Shown here piece by piece: positions 9,114-18,016 of a stretch of DNA of 64,000 nucleotides. The notes below the pieces were generated by a model. That model was not told the DNA's origin, made no database searches, and saw only the letters and a program-made list of their open reading frames with translations. The position numbers and the translations under genes are program-made. The first letter of the stretch is position 1; each line of letters begins with the position of its first letter. Source of the stretch: an uncultured Gemmatimonadaceae bacterium (GTDB taxonomy: Bacteria > Gemmatimonadota > Gemmatimonadetes > Gemmatimonadales > GWC2-71-9). The DNA is taken from contig CAZQWQ010000072.1 in the NCBI GenBank assembly GCA_964596925.1, positions 576,305 through 640,304 on the forward strand, given 5' to 3'.

Positions 9114-9697
9114 GGCTCACCTCCCCGCCGCTCGCCGCCGTTTTCTACGCGCGACCCACTGCCGAGGTCGCGCGTCGGCTTTTGGGGCATTTCCTCGTGA
9201 GTGAAGTCGGCGGGCGGCGCACCGTGGGCCGCATCGTAGAAACGGAGGCCTACGTTGGCCCGCACGACGCGGCCTGCCATGCCTTCGGGCGGCGGCGCAC
9301 CCCGCGCACCGAAACGTTGTATGGCCCGCCCGGCACGGCCTACGTGTACTTCACCTACGGCATGCACTGGTGTCTCAACGCGGTCACCGAGCGCCGGGAC
9401 TACCCGGCCGCGGTGCTGATTCGCGCGCTCGAGCCGCTCGAGGGGCTCGCGGTGATGCGCCTGCGTCGCGGCAAAGTGGCGGAGCGCGCGCTCTGCGCCG
9501 GCCCGGCCCGTCTGTGCGAAGCGCTCGGCATCACGGGGGACCAGAACGGCACGTCGCTCGTGCGCGGGGCAGTGCGGATCCTGCGCGACCGCGGGAGACG
9601 CCCGCCCGTCGCCGTCACGTCACGTGTGGGGATCACACGCGCTGTGGACTGGCCGTTGCGCTTCGTGATTCAGGGCTCGCCCTGGGCCTCGCGATAG
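9110..9697 (+). CDS. mpg: DNA-3-methyladenine glycosylase (Mpg/AAG family)
   Basis: GTG start in a GTGA overlap with the upstream stop. 'VGRIVETEAYVGPHDAACHAFGRRRTPRTETLYGPPGTAYVYFTYGMHWCLN' is the AAG-family core. Confidence 0.85.
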   Translation: MRLTSPPLAAVFYARPTAEVARRLLGHFLVSEVGGRRTVGRIVETEAYVGPHDAACHAFGRRRTPRTETLYGPPGTAYVYFTYGMHWCLNAVTERRDYPAAVLIRALEPLEGLAVMRLRRGKVAERALCAGPARLCEALGITGDQNGTSLVRGAVRILRDRGRRPPVAVTSRVGITRAVDWPLRFVIQGSPWASR

Positions 9698-9698
9698 G

Positions 9699-9731
9699 GA
9701 AAACAAACGGGGGCACGAATGCCGTGCCCCC
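9699..9731. terminator. bidirectional intrinsic terminator between convergent mpg and the OM-barrel gene
   Basis: Perfect 9-bp stem GGGGGCACG / CGTGCCCCC (9709-9717 / 9723-9731) with a 5-nt loop. On the minus strand it is followed by 'GTTTGTTTTC'. Confidence 0.6.
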
Positions 9732-9760
9732 GCTTGCGAGTCGAGTCTCGAACCCAGCCG

Positions 9761-10444
9761 TCAGTGTGCCGTGTTGACGTCTTCCTTGGAGGTTCCCAGG
9801 GAATACCGGATGCCGCCCTGAATCGTATGCGTCGATCCCGAGATCAAGAATCCCTGGGCGGCCGAGGTGAGCATATAGTGGCCGTACACCGCCAGCTTCC
9901 CGACGTTGATTTGCACCCCGCCCATGATCCAGGCGAATCCCTTGCTGCCCGCGTCATCGACGGCGCCTTGCGCGATCGCTTGGTCGTTCGCGTTGGCGCA
10001 CTGGGAATTGGGGGAGGTGCCGCTGCAGTCCACGAGGGCGTCCTGCACCGTCATGATCGCGAAGCCCCCGCCGACGAACGGCTCGATGCGCTTTTGTAGG
10101 GGGAAGGCGAGGACACCCGCGAACAGGCGACGCACCTGGCCAAAGGTCGCGTCGCGCAGGCCGCTGCCCGAATTCGGATCGGACACCGTCGCCCGGCTGT
10201 CGGACAGGAAAAACGCCTGCTCGCCGCCGATGTAGAGCGCCGTGCGCTTGCCGGTAATGAGCCAGTGCGCCCCGAAGATCGGGTCGAAGACGTATCCCTG
10301 CGCATTGGTTTGGTACAGGAAACCGCCCGCCTGGGCGCCCCAATACCACCGGTTGGTTCGGTCGCTGGTCTGCTGCGCGGCCGCGGGTCGGGCGACCAGG
10401 GCCACAAGTAGCGCGCTCAGCGCAAGACGGGACAACGGCTTCAT
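9761..10444 (-). CDS. small outer-membrane beta-barrel protein (OmpA-barrel/OmpW-like)
   Basis: The ATG at 10444 is preceded by GGAGG. Signal peptide 'MKPLSRLALSALLVALVARPAAAQ'. Alternating aromatic/Gly beta-strand pattern. Confidence 0.75.
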   Translation of the reverse strand: MKPLSRLALSALLVALVARPAAAQQTSDRTNRWYWGAQAGGFLYQTNAQGYVFDPIFGAHWLITGKRTALYIGGEQAFFLSDSRATVSDPNSGSGLRDATFGQVRRLFAGVLAFPLQKRIEPFVGGGFAIMTVQDALVDCSGTSPNSQCANANDQAIAQGAVDDAGSKGFAWIMGGVQINVGKLAVYGHYMLTSAAQGFLISGSTHTIQGGIRYSLGTSKEDVNTAH

Positions 10445-10649
10445 TGCAATCCTCCACGGTTTGCAGGGTGGCCCAGGGGTCACCCGTGGACCCACAAAAT
10501 AGGGACCGGGCCTGTGGGGTCAAGGCTAGGCCTTTGCCGCAGTTTCGTTTAAGGGGTTGAAGCGTGAAACTACTTGAAGTCCGGCAACAAAACCGAAGAT
10601 ATGCCGAATCTTACTGTCGTTAATGTTTGAATAATGTTTCGATAGTGTG

Positions 10650-11843
10650 CTAGATCAACTGAAGTCGTTTGCCAACCGTCTTGAAGGCCCGCAGCGCGAA
10701 GTCGAGGTCGTCGCGGGTGTGGGTGGCCGACAACTGGCAGCGCACCCGGGCGTGTCCTTGAGGCACCACAGGGTACCCGAAGCCGGTGACGAACACCCCT
10801 TCCGCCAGCAGCAATTCGCTCATCTGAATCGCTTTCGCGGTCTCGCCGAGGATCACCGGAACGATTGGTGTTTCGCCCGGGAGCGGCTTGAACCCGAGCG
10901 CCAGGAGTTGCTCCCGGAAATAGCGGGCGTTTTGGTGCAGGTGGTGCACGCGCTCAGGGTGCGCCTCGAGGAAGCGCACGGCGCCGAGCGCGCTGGCCGC
11001 GACGGTCGGGGGCAGGGCGTTGCTGAAGAGCTGTGGCCGAGACCGCTGGGTGAGGTAGTCGGTCAGCGCGTGGGGGCCGGCCGTGAACCCGCCGGCGGCG
11101 CCGCCCAGGGCTTTCCCCAGGGTCGACGTGATGATGTCCACCCGGCCGGTGACCCCAAAGTGTTCGGCCGTCCCGCGGCCGGTCTTTCCCAGCACACCGG
11201 TGGCGTGCGAGTCGTCCACCGCCACGATGGCGTCGTTGGTCCGGGAGAGATCCAGGATGTCCGGGAGCTTCGCGATGTCGCCCTCCATCGAGAAGATGCC
11301 GTCGGTAAAAATCAGCCGGCGCCGGGCCCCGCTGGCCGCCTTCAACTTCTGCTCCAAATCGGCCATGTCCGAGTGTCGGTACACGGCCGTTTGGCACTTG
11401 GTGATCGTCTTGGCGAGGCGGATGGCGTCGATGATGGAGGCGTGGTTCAGCTGGTCGGAAATGACGATGTCCTGCTCGGTCAGGATGGTGGGACAGAGAC
11501 CCTCGTTGGCATTCCAGCAGCTCACGTATGTGAGTGAGGACTCACAACCTACCAGCCGCGCCAGCGCCGCCTCGAGCTCGCGATGGATCGTGAACGTGCC
11601 GCAGATAAAGCGGACTGAGCCGGTACCCGCGCCGAAGTCATCCAGTGCCGCTTTCCCGGCCGCCACGACCTCGGGCTCGTTGCACAGGCCGAGGTAGTTG
11701 TTGGATGACAGGATGACCACCTCGCCACGGCCTTCCATCCGGGCGCGCGCCCCCTGCGGGGAGTCGAGGTAGTTGAGCCGCTTGTAGACGCCGTCCGCCT
11801 TGAACTGGTCCAGCTCGGCCTGCAGACTGGCTGCGAAGCTCAT
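10650..11843 (-). CDS. kbl: 2-amino-3-ketobutyrate CoA ligase (glycine C-acetyltransferase)
   Basis: The internal ATG (residue 251 of the track ORF) is in an ATGA overlap with the tdh stop. 'NYLGL', 'DDSHATG' and PLP-lysine 'STLGKALGG' are present. Confidence 0.92.
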   Translation of the reverse strand: MSFAASLQAELDQFKADGVYKRLNYLDSPQGARARMEGRGEVVILSSNNYLGLCNEPEVVAAGKAALDDFGAGTGSVRFICGTFTIHRELEAALARLVGCESSLTYVSCWNANEGLCPTILTEQDIVISDQLNHASIIDAIRLAKTITKCQTAVYRHSDMADLEQKLKAASGARRRLIFTDGIFSMEGDIAKLPDILDLSRTNDAIVAVDDSHATGVLGKTGRGTAEHFGVTGRVDIITSTLGKALGGAAGGFTAGPHALTDYLTQRSRPQLFSNALPPTVAASALGAVRFLEAHPERVHHLHQNARYFREQLLALGFKPLPGETPIVPVILGETAKAIQMSELLLAEGVFVTGFGYPVVPQGHARVRCQLSATHTRDDLDFALRAFKTVGKRLQLI

Positions 11844-12868
11844 GCGATCTCCAGAATGACCTTCCCCGCATCGCCCGAACGGATCGCGGCGAGCGCCTCG
11901 TCGATCCGGGCGAGCGGAAAGCGGTGGGTGATGACGGGACGGGGATCGAACACCCCGGCGGTGAGGAAGCGGCGCATCTGGTGCCAGGTCTCGTACATCT
12001 TGCGCCCGATCACCCCGTACACCGTGATCCCCTTGAAGATGATCTCGTTGGCGAAATCGACGGGGACGTCTCCCTTGGGGATGCCGAGCAGCTGCACGCG
12101 ACCCCCCAGACGAACGGCGCGAAACGCCTGGTGCAAGGCCGAGGCGACGCCTGACATCTCGCACACCACGTCGGCCCCCTCGCCTCCGGTTTCCGCGCCC
12201 ACGGCCTGCACGACGTCGTCTGTGGCGGCGTTGATGGTGACATGCGCTCCCATTTGGCTGGCGAGCTCGAGCCGCTTCGGGTTGACGTCGGAAGCGATCA
12301 CGCGCGCCGCGCCCGCCGCGCGCGCGATCCCCACCGCGAAGCAACCGATCGGCCCGCACCCCACCACTAGCACAGTGGTGCCGGGGATGTCGGCGCTCAG
12401 TACGGTGTGGAAGGCGTTCCCCATTGGATCCATAATGGCGCCGATTTCGGTGGGGATCCCCTGCAGCGGCAGCACGTTGGTCGTGGGCATGGCGATGAAC
12501 TCGCCGAACGCCCCGTCCCGGTCGACCCCGATGATCCGGGTGTTCTTGCAGATGTGCCCGTTGCCGGTGCGACACTGCAGACAGTGACCGCACACGATGT
12601 GGCCCTCAGCGGTGACGAGCTGTCCCACTGTGAGCCCTGTGACCGCCTCGCCGATGGCGACGATCTCGCCGGCGAACTCGTGCCCGATCACAATGGGCGG
12701 CTTGATCCGCCCTTGCGCCCAGGCATCCCAGTCCGCGATGTGGAGGTCGGTGCCGCACACGCCGGCGTGGCGAACCGCGATCAACACTTCGCCCGGCCCC
12801 GCGCTGGGCTTCGGGACGCTCGTGACTGTGAGGCCGGGGGCGCGTTTGTCCTTGACGATCGCTTGCAT
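11840..12868 (-). CDS. tdh: L-threonine 3-dehydrogenase
   Basis: Zn-ADH motifs 'GHEFAGEIV' and 'CGHCLQCRTG', Rossmann 'VVGCGPIG', and the classic tdh-kbl pairing. Confidence 0.92.
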   Translation of the reverse strand: MQAIVKDKRAPGLTVTSVPKPSAGPGEVLIAVRHAGVCGTDLHIADWDAWAQGRIKPPIVIGHEFAGEIVAIGEAVTGLTVGQLVTAEGHIVCGHCLQCRTGNGHICKNTRIIGVDRDGAFGEFIAMPTTNVLPLQGIPTEIGAIMDPMGNAFHTVLSADIPGTTVLVVGCGPIGCFAVGIARAAGAARVIASDVNPKRLELASQMGAHVTINAATDDVVQAVGAETGGEGADVVCEMSGVASALHQAFRAVRLGGRVQLLGIPKGDVPVDFANEIIFKGITVYGVIGRKMYETWHQMRRFLTAGVFDPRPVITHRFPLARIDEALAAIRSGDAGKVILEIA

Positions 12869-12908
12869 CGCCCTGGTTGGGGAACGGGACGTGAGTCTGG
12901 GAAAACGC

Positions 12909-15863
12909 CTAGGGAATGGGCGCCGCGACCCGCACCGGCTCGATCCGCACCGCGCAGATCTTCAATTCCGCCATCTTCGCGTAGGGATCGAGAATCGGGT
13001 TGGTCAACAGATTGGCCGCGGCCTCGCGGAAATGGAACGGGACGAACACCTGACCGGGTGCCACGCGGTCCGATACGCGGACCGCGGTGACCATGTTGTT
13101 GCGGCGCGACGTGAGCCGCACGAGGTCGCCCTCGGTGACGTCGAGCCGCGCCGCATCGTCGGGATGGATCTCGACGATCGCGGTAGGCTCGCGAGCGTCC
13201 AGCCCACTCGAGCGCCGGGTCATGGTGCCGGTGTGCCAGTGGTACAGCTGGCGGCCGGTGTTCATCACGAACGGAAACTCGTCGTCGGGCAGCTCCACCG
13301 GGTCGGTGTATTCGACAGGAATGAACCGTGCTTTGCCGTCCGCGGTGGGGAACCCCTCGTCGAACAGGAACGCCGTTCCCGGGTGCTCGGTGGTCGGGAT
13401 AGGATATTGGAGCCCGGCGCCTTCGAGCCGTGGGTAGGTCACCCCGGCCCACGACGGAGTGACCTGCGCGATCTCGGCCATGACCTCGGCCGCCGCCTCG
13501 AACGGCGTGGGCAGGCCGAGCCGGCTGGAGAGGTCGATCAGGATTTCGAGGTCGCCCCGCGCCTGACCCGGCGGGTCGGTGGCGCGGTGGGAGAGCTGGA
13601 TGCGCCGCTCGGTGTTCACGAAGGTGCCCGTCTTTTCCGCGAAGCTCGCGCCCGGAAACACTACGTCGGCGTAGCGGGCGGTCTCGGTCAGGAACAGGTC
13701 CTGGACCACCAGAAACTCGAGGTTCTGGAACCACAGCTCGGCGTGGGCGATGTCCGGATCGGAAATGATCGGGTTCTCGCCCATGATGTACATGGCGCGC
13801 ACGCCGCTCTCCGGCTTCACGACCTCGGTCACCATCAACCCCTTGTCCAGCGACAGCGCTTCCGGCGGGAGGCCCCAGACGCTCGCGAACCGCTCGCGCA
13901 CCGCGAGGTCTCCCACGGGCTGGTAGTCGGTGTACACGAACGGGATCGCGCCGACATCGGAAGCGCCCTGCACGTTGTTCTGGCCGCGCACCGGCATCAT
14001 GGCGGCGCCCCAGCGCCCGATCATCCCGCAGGCCAGCATCAAATTGAGCAGCGACGCCACGAGGTCGGTCCCGTTGGCGTGCTGCGTCAGCCCCATCGCC
14101 CAGAGCGTGCTGGTGTTCGGGCCCCGGGCGTACATCTCGGCGGCGCGCCGAATCTTGTCGGCGGAGACGCCAGTGATCTTGGCGGCCTTCTCCGGGGTGT
14201 AGGGGCGGACGGCATCGCGCACCTTCTCGAATTCGTGGGTGCGCTCGGCGATGAACTGTTTGTTCTCGAGTCCCTGGGCCAGGATGTGGCCCAACATGGC
14301 CGAAAACAGGGCGACGTCCGTGCCGGGCAGCATCTGCAAGTGGATGTCCGCACGGTCGGCGAGCTCGATCCTCCGGGGGTCCGCCACGATCAGCGTCGCC
14401 CCGCGCTCGTGGGCGCGCTTCAGCGCCGCGCCGAACACCGGGTGCGTTTCCGTCGTGTTCGCGCCCGCGATGAAGATGACGTCGCACGCCATCTCCACCT
14501 CCCGCATGGAACCGGACGCCGCAGAGGTATTGAGCGCGCGCTGCATCGCCGCCACCGAGGTCGAATGACACAGCCGGGTGCAGTGGTCGACGTTGTTGGT
14601 GCCGATCGCTCCGCGAAACAGCCGCATCAACAGATAGTTCTCTTCGTTGGAGCACTTGGCCGACGAGAAGCACGCGAGGGCGTTGGGACCGTGGGTCTGC
14701 TTGATCCGCAGCATCTCCTGCGTCGTGAGCTCGAGCACCTCATCCCAGGTCGCTTCGCGGAACGGCTCGTACCACGAGGCCGGTGTCGCCACGCGATCGC
14801 GGATGTCCATGTCGATCCGCTCGAGCAGCGGCAGCTCGCGCACCGACTTGCCGCTCATGCGGGGCGGCGTGCCGGGCTTGGATTGCTGGCCCTCGTCCTC
14901 GATGGTGCGCCACGGGCCGCTGCGCCGGTCGGCGTCGACGGGGCCCGTCCACGCCCAGCGGCCGTCCCGCTTGACCCAACCCCTGCGGATGAGCGGGACC
15001 GTGAGCCGGTCGCGATGCTGGGGGAAATCGTAGCCGAACCGGCCCTTCACACAGGTGCTGCCCTGGTTCGGGGTATCGAGCTCGATGTCGGGGGAGGTCA
15101 CGCGGACGATGCTGTTGTCGGCGACGTGGAGGTCCACCTGGCAGCCGACGCCGCAATAGGGACAGGTAGACCGCACCACGCGCTCGGGCCGGCGGATCTG
15201 TTCCGGTCGGAAGCGCTGCTGTGGCATCACCTCGAAGATGGCGCCGGTGGGGCAGACGCGAACGCACTCGCCGCACCAGGTGCAGCCCGCCTTGTCGGGG
15301 TCGCCGTCCGCGCCGACGATGATCTGCGTGTGCTCGCCGCGCTGTCCCACGTCCAACACGCCGACCACCTGGATGTCCTCGCAGGCGCGCACACAGCGGG
15401 TGCACAGGATGCAGGTGGTCATGTCGTGCCGGATCATCGGATCGCCGGGGCGCTCGTCCCCGCCGCGTAACGACAGGTCGCGATCGGCGACGGTGGTCGG
15501 ATCGACGCCGTAGCGCGCGACATACTGCTCGAACTCGTTGCGCGGGTCCGCCCGGCCACCGTTGGCGAGGTGATCGGCCGGATAGCGCTCGAGCAGCAGA
15601 CGCAGCACGCCTTTGCGGTTCTCCACGGCGGCGTGCGACTCGGTCGTGACCGTCATGCCGTCGGCGACTTTGGCGGCGCAGGCGGGGAAGAGCTTGGGCT
15701 GACCCTCGACCGAGACGAGGCAAATGCGGCAATTGCCGACAATCGACAGTTTCGGGTACCAGCACAGCGTCGGAATGTCGATTCCCGCGGCCCGGGCGGC
15801 CTCGAGAATCGTCTGGTCCGCCGCGGCGGTGAGCGAGCGGCCGTTGATGGTGAGGGTCGGCAT
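12909..15863 (-). CDS. formate dehydrogenase alpha subunit, Cys-type, with a fused 2Fe-2S/4Fe-4S N-terminal module (YjgC/FdhF-like)
   Basis: The ATG at 15863 gives 'MPTLTINGRSL...CRICLVSVEG' (2Fe-2S). 'CILCTRCVRACE' and 'CTWCGECVRVCPTGA' are ferredoxin-type clusters. 'STCPYCGVGC' is the MopB cluster. The active site 'CTRLCHSTSVA' carries Cys, not Sec. A molybdopterin-binding C-terminus is present. Confidence 0.9.
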   Translation of the reverse strand: MPTLTINGRSLTAAADQTILEAARAAGIDIPTLCWYPKLSIVGNCRICLVSVEGQPKLFPACAAKVADGMTVTTESHAAVENRKGVLRLLLERYPADHLANGGRADPRNEFEQYVARYGVDPTTVADRDLSLRGGDERPGDPMIRHDMTTCILCTRCVRACEDIQVVGVLDVGQRGEHTQIIVGADGDPDKAGCTWCGECVRVCPTGAIFEVMPQQRFRPEQIRRPERVVRSTCPYCGVGCQVDLHVADNSIVRVTSPDIELDTPNQGSTCVKGRFGYDFPQHRDRLTVPLIRRGWVKRDGRWAWTGPVDADRRSGPWRTIEDEGQQSKPGTPPRMSGKSVRELPLLERIDMDIRDRVATPASWYEPFREATWDEVLELTTQEMLRIKQTHGPNALACFSSAKCSNEENYLLMRLFRGAIGTNNVDHCTRLCHSTSVAAMQRALNTSAASGSMREVEMACDVIFIAGANTTETHPVFGAALKRAHERGATLIVADPRRIELADRADIHLQMLPGTDVALFSAMLGHILAQGLENKQFIAERTHEFEKVRDAVRPYTPEKAAKITGVSADKIRRAAEMYARGPNTSTLWAMGLTQHANGTDLVASLLNLMLACGMIGRWGAAMMPVRGQNNVQGASDVGAIPFVYTDYQPVGDLAVRERFASVWGLPPEALSLDKGLMVTEVVKPESGVRAMYIMGENPIISDPDIAHAELWFQNLEFLVVQDLFLTETARYADVVFPGASFAEKTGTFVNTERRIQLSHRATDPPGQARGDLEILIDLSSRLGLPTPFEAAAEVMAEIAQVTPSWAGVTYPRLEGAGLQYPIPTTEHPGTAFLFDEGFPTADGKARFIPVEYTDPVELPDDEFPFVMNTGRQLYHWHTGTMTRRSSGLDAREPTAIVEIHPDDAARLDVTEGDLVRLTSRRNNMVTAVRVSDRVAPGQVFVPFHFREAAANLLTNPILDPYAKMAELKICAVRIEPVRVAAPIP

Positions 15864-15894
15864 GGAGTTACCGGAAAGAGTAGACGGCGCCGCA

Positions 15895-15934
15895 CCGAAA
15901 CGCAAAGCGGGGCCGGCGAACTCGCCGGCCCCGC
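15895..15934 (-). terminator. intrinsic terminator-like hairpin 30-70 nt upstream of fdhA
   Basis: GCGGGGCCGGCGA..TCGCCGGCCCCGC inverted repeat (15907-15934). On the minus strand it is followed by 'TTTGCGTTTCGG'. Confidence 0.5.
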
Positions 15935-15957
15935 TCTGCGCTCCCCCAACTGCCGGG

Positions 15958-16134
15958 TTACATGCCGGCCGGGTGCGGATCTACCGGCAAATGCCGGTGC
16001 ACATGATCCCCAGACTCCGCGACGTCGTCACACCAGCAATAGGCCCAGATCCTCGCCGGCCGCAATGCGCGTTGGCCTGCGCGGAGAATGATGCCCAAGG
16101 GTTCGTCGTCGAGAATTAATGGCAGACTGGTCAT
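15958..16134 (-). CDS. possible 58-aa small protein or gene remnant (below the ORF-track length cutoff)
   Basis: Hand translation gives 'MTSLPLILDDEPLGIILRAGQRALRPARIWAYCWCDDVAESGDHVHRHLPVDPHPAGM*'. It lies in a locally lower-GC island and is followed by the hairpin above. GC3 is only about 70%, lower than neighbouring genes, so coding status is uncertain. Confidence 0.3.
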   Translation of the reverse strand: MTSLPLILDDEPLGIILRAGQRALRPARIWAYCWCDDVAESGDHVHRHLPVDPHPAGM

Positions 16135-16228
16135 ACCACTCGATAGGGCAAGACCGTTGCCACAGCGACCAATCGCGTAATCTAGAGTCGGATAAGAAGT
16201 TACGTATTGCCGTCAGACAGGGGAGTGG

Positions 16229-17089
16229 TCACTCAGACACGTTCGCCTGCGTGTCGGACTGACGCGGCGGCTTCGTAGCGGCAAACCCGCCGCGGCGGCT
16301 GCGCGGTCGCCGCTCGATCTGCCATCCCGCATACAGCGGCAGCAGCGTATCGCTGCCGATCGGGATGACCTCCGGGGGCGCCGCTTCGCCTCGCGACGGC
16401 ACGAACAGGTGAACCCCCCCGGGGGGTGTGCGCCCTTGGAGATCGGTGATCAGCGCCTCGCGGGCATCGGCGCCGAGGGCGGCGAGCGCGGTGGGGTGGA
16501 GCACGGCGACGGTCACCGGCACGTCGGGCATCCAGTTTCCGAACTGCACCACCAGAGCGTGGAAGCGGGCGGCGAGCTGCTCGGTGACCGCTCGACCTTC
16601 CGCTGCCTCTACGGCGGCCAGGTCCTGATCCAGCAACAGGACTTCGACGTCGTGGGCCGCAATGAACAGGGCGGCGGGCAACGCGGCCGCCCCGATGACG
16701 ATGGCGGCGTCACCGGCTTCGAGGCGCTTGGCGCAGGCGACCAACGGGCCGTCGACGTCCAGCTCCCAGTGGGTCGGTTCCCGCTGGGCCGCCCGCAGTG
16801 CGCGGTGTCGGCGCGACCATCGCTGGAAGGCGGGCAGTCGCAGCCGTCGGCCGATGATCCGATCCACGTGCTCGAGCAGCAGCACTTCGGTGAGCAGGTA
16901 CTGGTCGGCGGCCGCGACCTCGAGCTCGCGCACCGCCTCATCCCCGATTTCGAGTAGCTCGGCGCGTGACAGGGAATTCTTGTACTCCTCGATGCGCTGG
17001 AACAGGAACTCCTCGTACTCCTGGCGCAGCGAGCGGGCGGGCCGGCGGGCGCGACCGGTGCGGGCGCCTTGGTCGACGGTGTTCAGCAC
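16229..17089 (-). CDS. hypothetical protein (Rossmann-like core without a clear SAM-binding glycine motif)
   Basis: The GTG at 17089 overlaps the CDF stop by 7 nt (GTGCTGA). The part of the track ORF upstream of that is Arg/Gly nonsense overlapping the CDF gene. The composition downstream is protein-like ('EYEEFLFQRIEEYKNSLSRAELLEIGDEAVREL'). Confidence 0.55.
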   Translation of the reverse strand: MLNTVDQGARTGRARRPARSLRQEYEEFLFQRIEEYKNSLSRAELLEIGDEAVRELEVAAADQYLLTEVLLLEHVDRIIGRRLRLPAFQRWSRRHRALRAAQREPTHWELDVDGPLVACAKRLEAGDAAIVIGAAALPAALFIAAHDVEVLLLDQDLAAVEAAEGRAVTEQLAARFHALVVQFGNWMPDVPVTVAVLHPTALAALGADAREALITDLQGRTPPGGVHLFVPSRGEAAPPEVIPIGSDTLLPLYAGWQIERRPRSRRGGFAATKPPRQSDTQANVSE

Positions 17090-17961
17090 GGCTCGATGTG
17101 CACGGTGACCTCGTGCAGTCGGAGGTCGCGCTTGAGTCGGTCTTCCACTTCGTCCGCGATGGCGTGCGCCGCGGCCACGTTGGCATTGCGGTCCACGGCG
17201 ATCGTCACTTCGGCGTAGCGCGTGCGGGCCGCGTCGCGCGAGCGGATGCCGTAGGCGCGTTTCACCCCCCCGATGGTTTCCGCCAGCGCCTGGATGGTGG
17301 TGTCGGGGATCGCGCGCGCGTCGACCAGGACCGGCACCGCGCGCAGGAAAATGCGATAAGCGATGCGCACGATGAAGAGGGCGATCCCCAACGCGAGCAC
17401 GGGGTCCGCCCACCACAGCCCGCGCCGGGCGAGCAGCAGGCCGATCAGCACCCCGACCGTGATGAACACGTCGGCCCGCGTGTGGGCCGCGTCGGCCAGC
17501 AAAATGTCGCTCTCCAGCTCACGGCCGCGCCGCGTTTCGTATGTGGCGACCAGCACGTTCACGCCGAGGGTCCCCACCAGCACCGCCAGTTGCGTGTCGG
17601 AGAGCTGGGGTGGCGCTTGTCCCGCGCCCAGCCGGGCGATGGCGTCACGCACCAGCTCGAAGCAGGTGATGGACATGAACCCGACGATCGCCAGCGCCCC
17701 CAGGGTTTCGAACTTCCCATGGCCGTAGGGGTGATCCGCGTCGGGCGCTTTGGAGGCGACCCGGATGACCACGAAGCCGAGGACGTTGTTCAGTGCATCC
17801 ACGATGGAGTGCAGGGCATCGCCCAACACGGCGAGGGAGCCTGTGGCGATTCCCACCGTGAGTTTTCCGACGACGACGGCCAGATTGGCGAAGAAGAGAC
17901 CGACGAGCACTCGTCGGACGAGGGCGGTCCGATCGAGCGCCTCGGGCCGGGCGAAAGGCAT
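17083..17961 (-). CDS. cation diffusion facilitator (CDF) family metal efflux transporter
   Basis: 'HSIVDALNN' and 'DADHPYGHGKFE' are CDF signature motifs, and six hydrophobic helices are present. The ATG at 17961 was chosen; a GTG at 18009 is an alternative. Confidence 0.85.
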   Translation of the reverse strand: MPFARPEALDRTALVRRVLVGLFFANLAVVVGKLTVGIATGSLAVLGDALHSIVDALNNVLGFVVIRVASKAPDADHPYGHGKFETLGALAIVGFMSITCFELVRDAIARLGAGQAPPQLSDTQLAVLVGTLGVNVLVATYETRRGRELESDILLADAAHTRADVFITVGVLIGLLLARRGLWWADPVLALGIALFIVRIAYRIFLRAVPVLVDARAIPDTTIQALAETIGGVKRAYGIRSRDAARTRYAEVTIAVDRNANVAAAHAIADEVEDRLKRDLRLHEVTVHIEPC

Positions 17962-18016
17962 GGGTGCAAGGTTGTGACTCGGGCGTCCGGAGTCAACTCC
18001 TTGGTACACATCCGGT

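Noticed and set aside
12597-15470. 957-aa plus-strand ORF
   Set aside because: It is antisense to the formate dehydrogenase gene. The product is Arg/Gly/His/Pro-rich with no recognisable motif, while the minus strand carries complete Fe-S and MopB signatures. It is a typical high-GC shadow ORF.
12909-15863. Selenocysteine recoding in formate dehydrogenase
   Set aside because: The reading frame is continuous with no in-frame TGA, and the active-site position is a Cys codon ('CTRLCHSTS'). No SECIS-like hairpin is needed.
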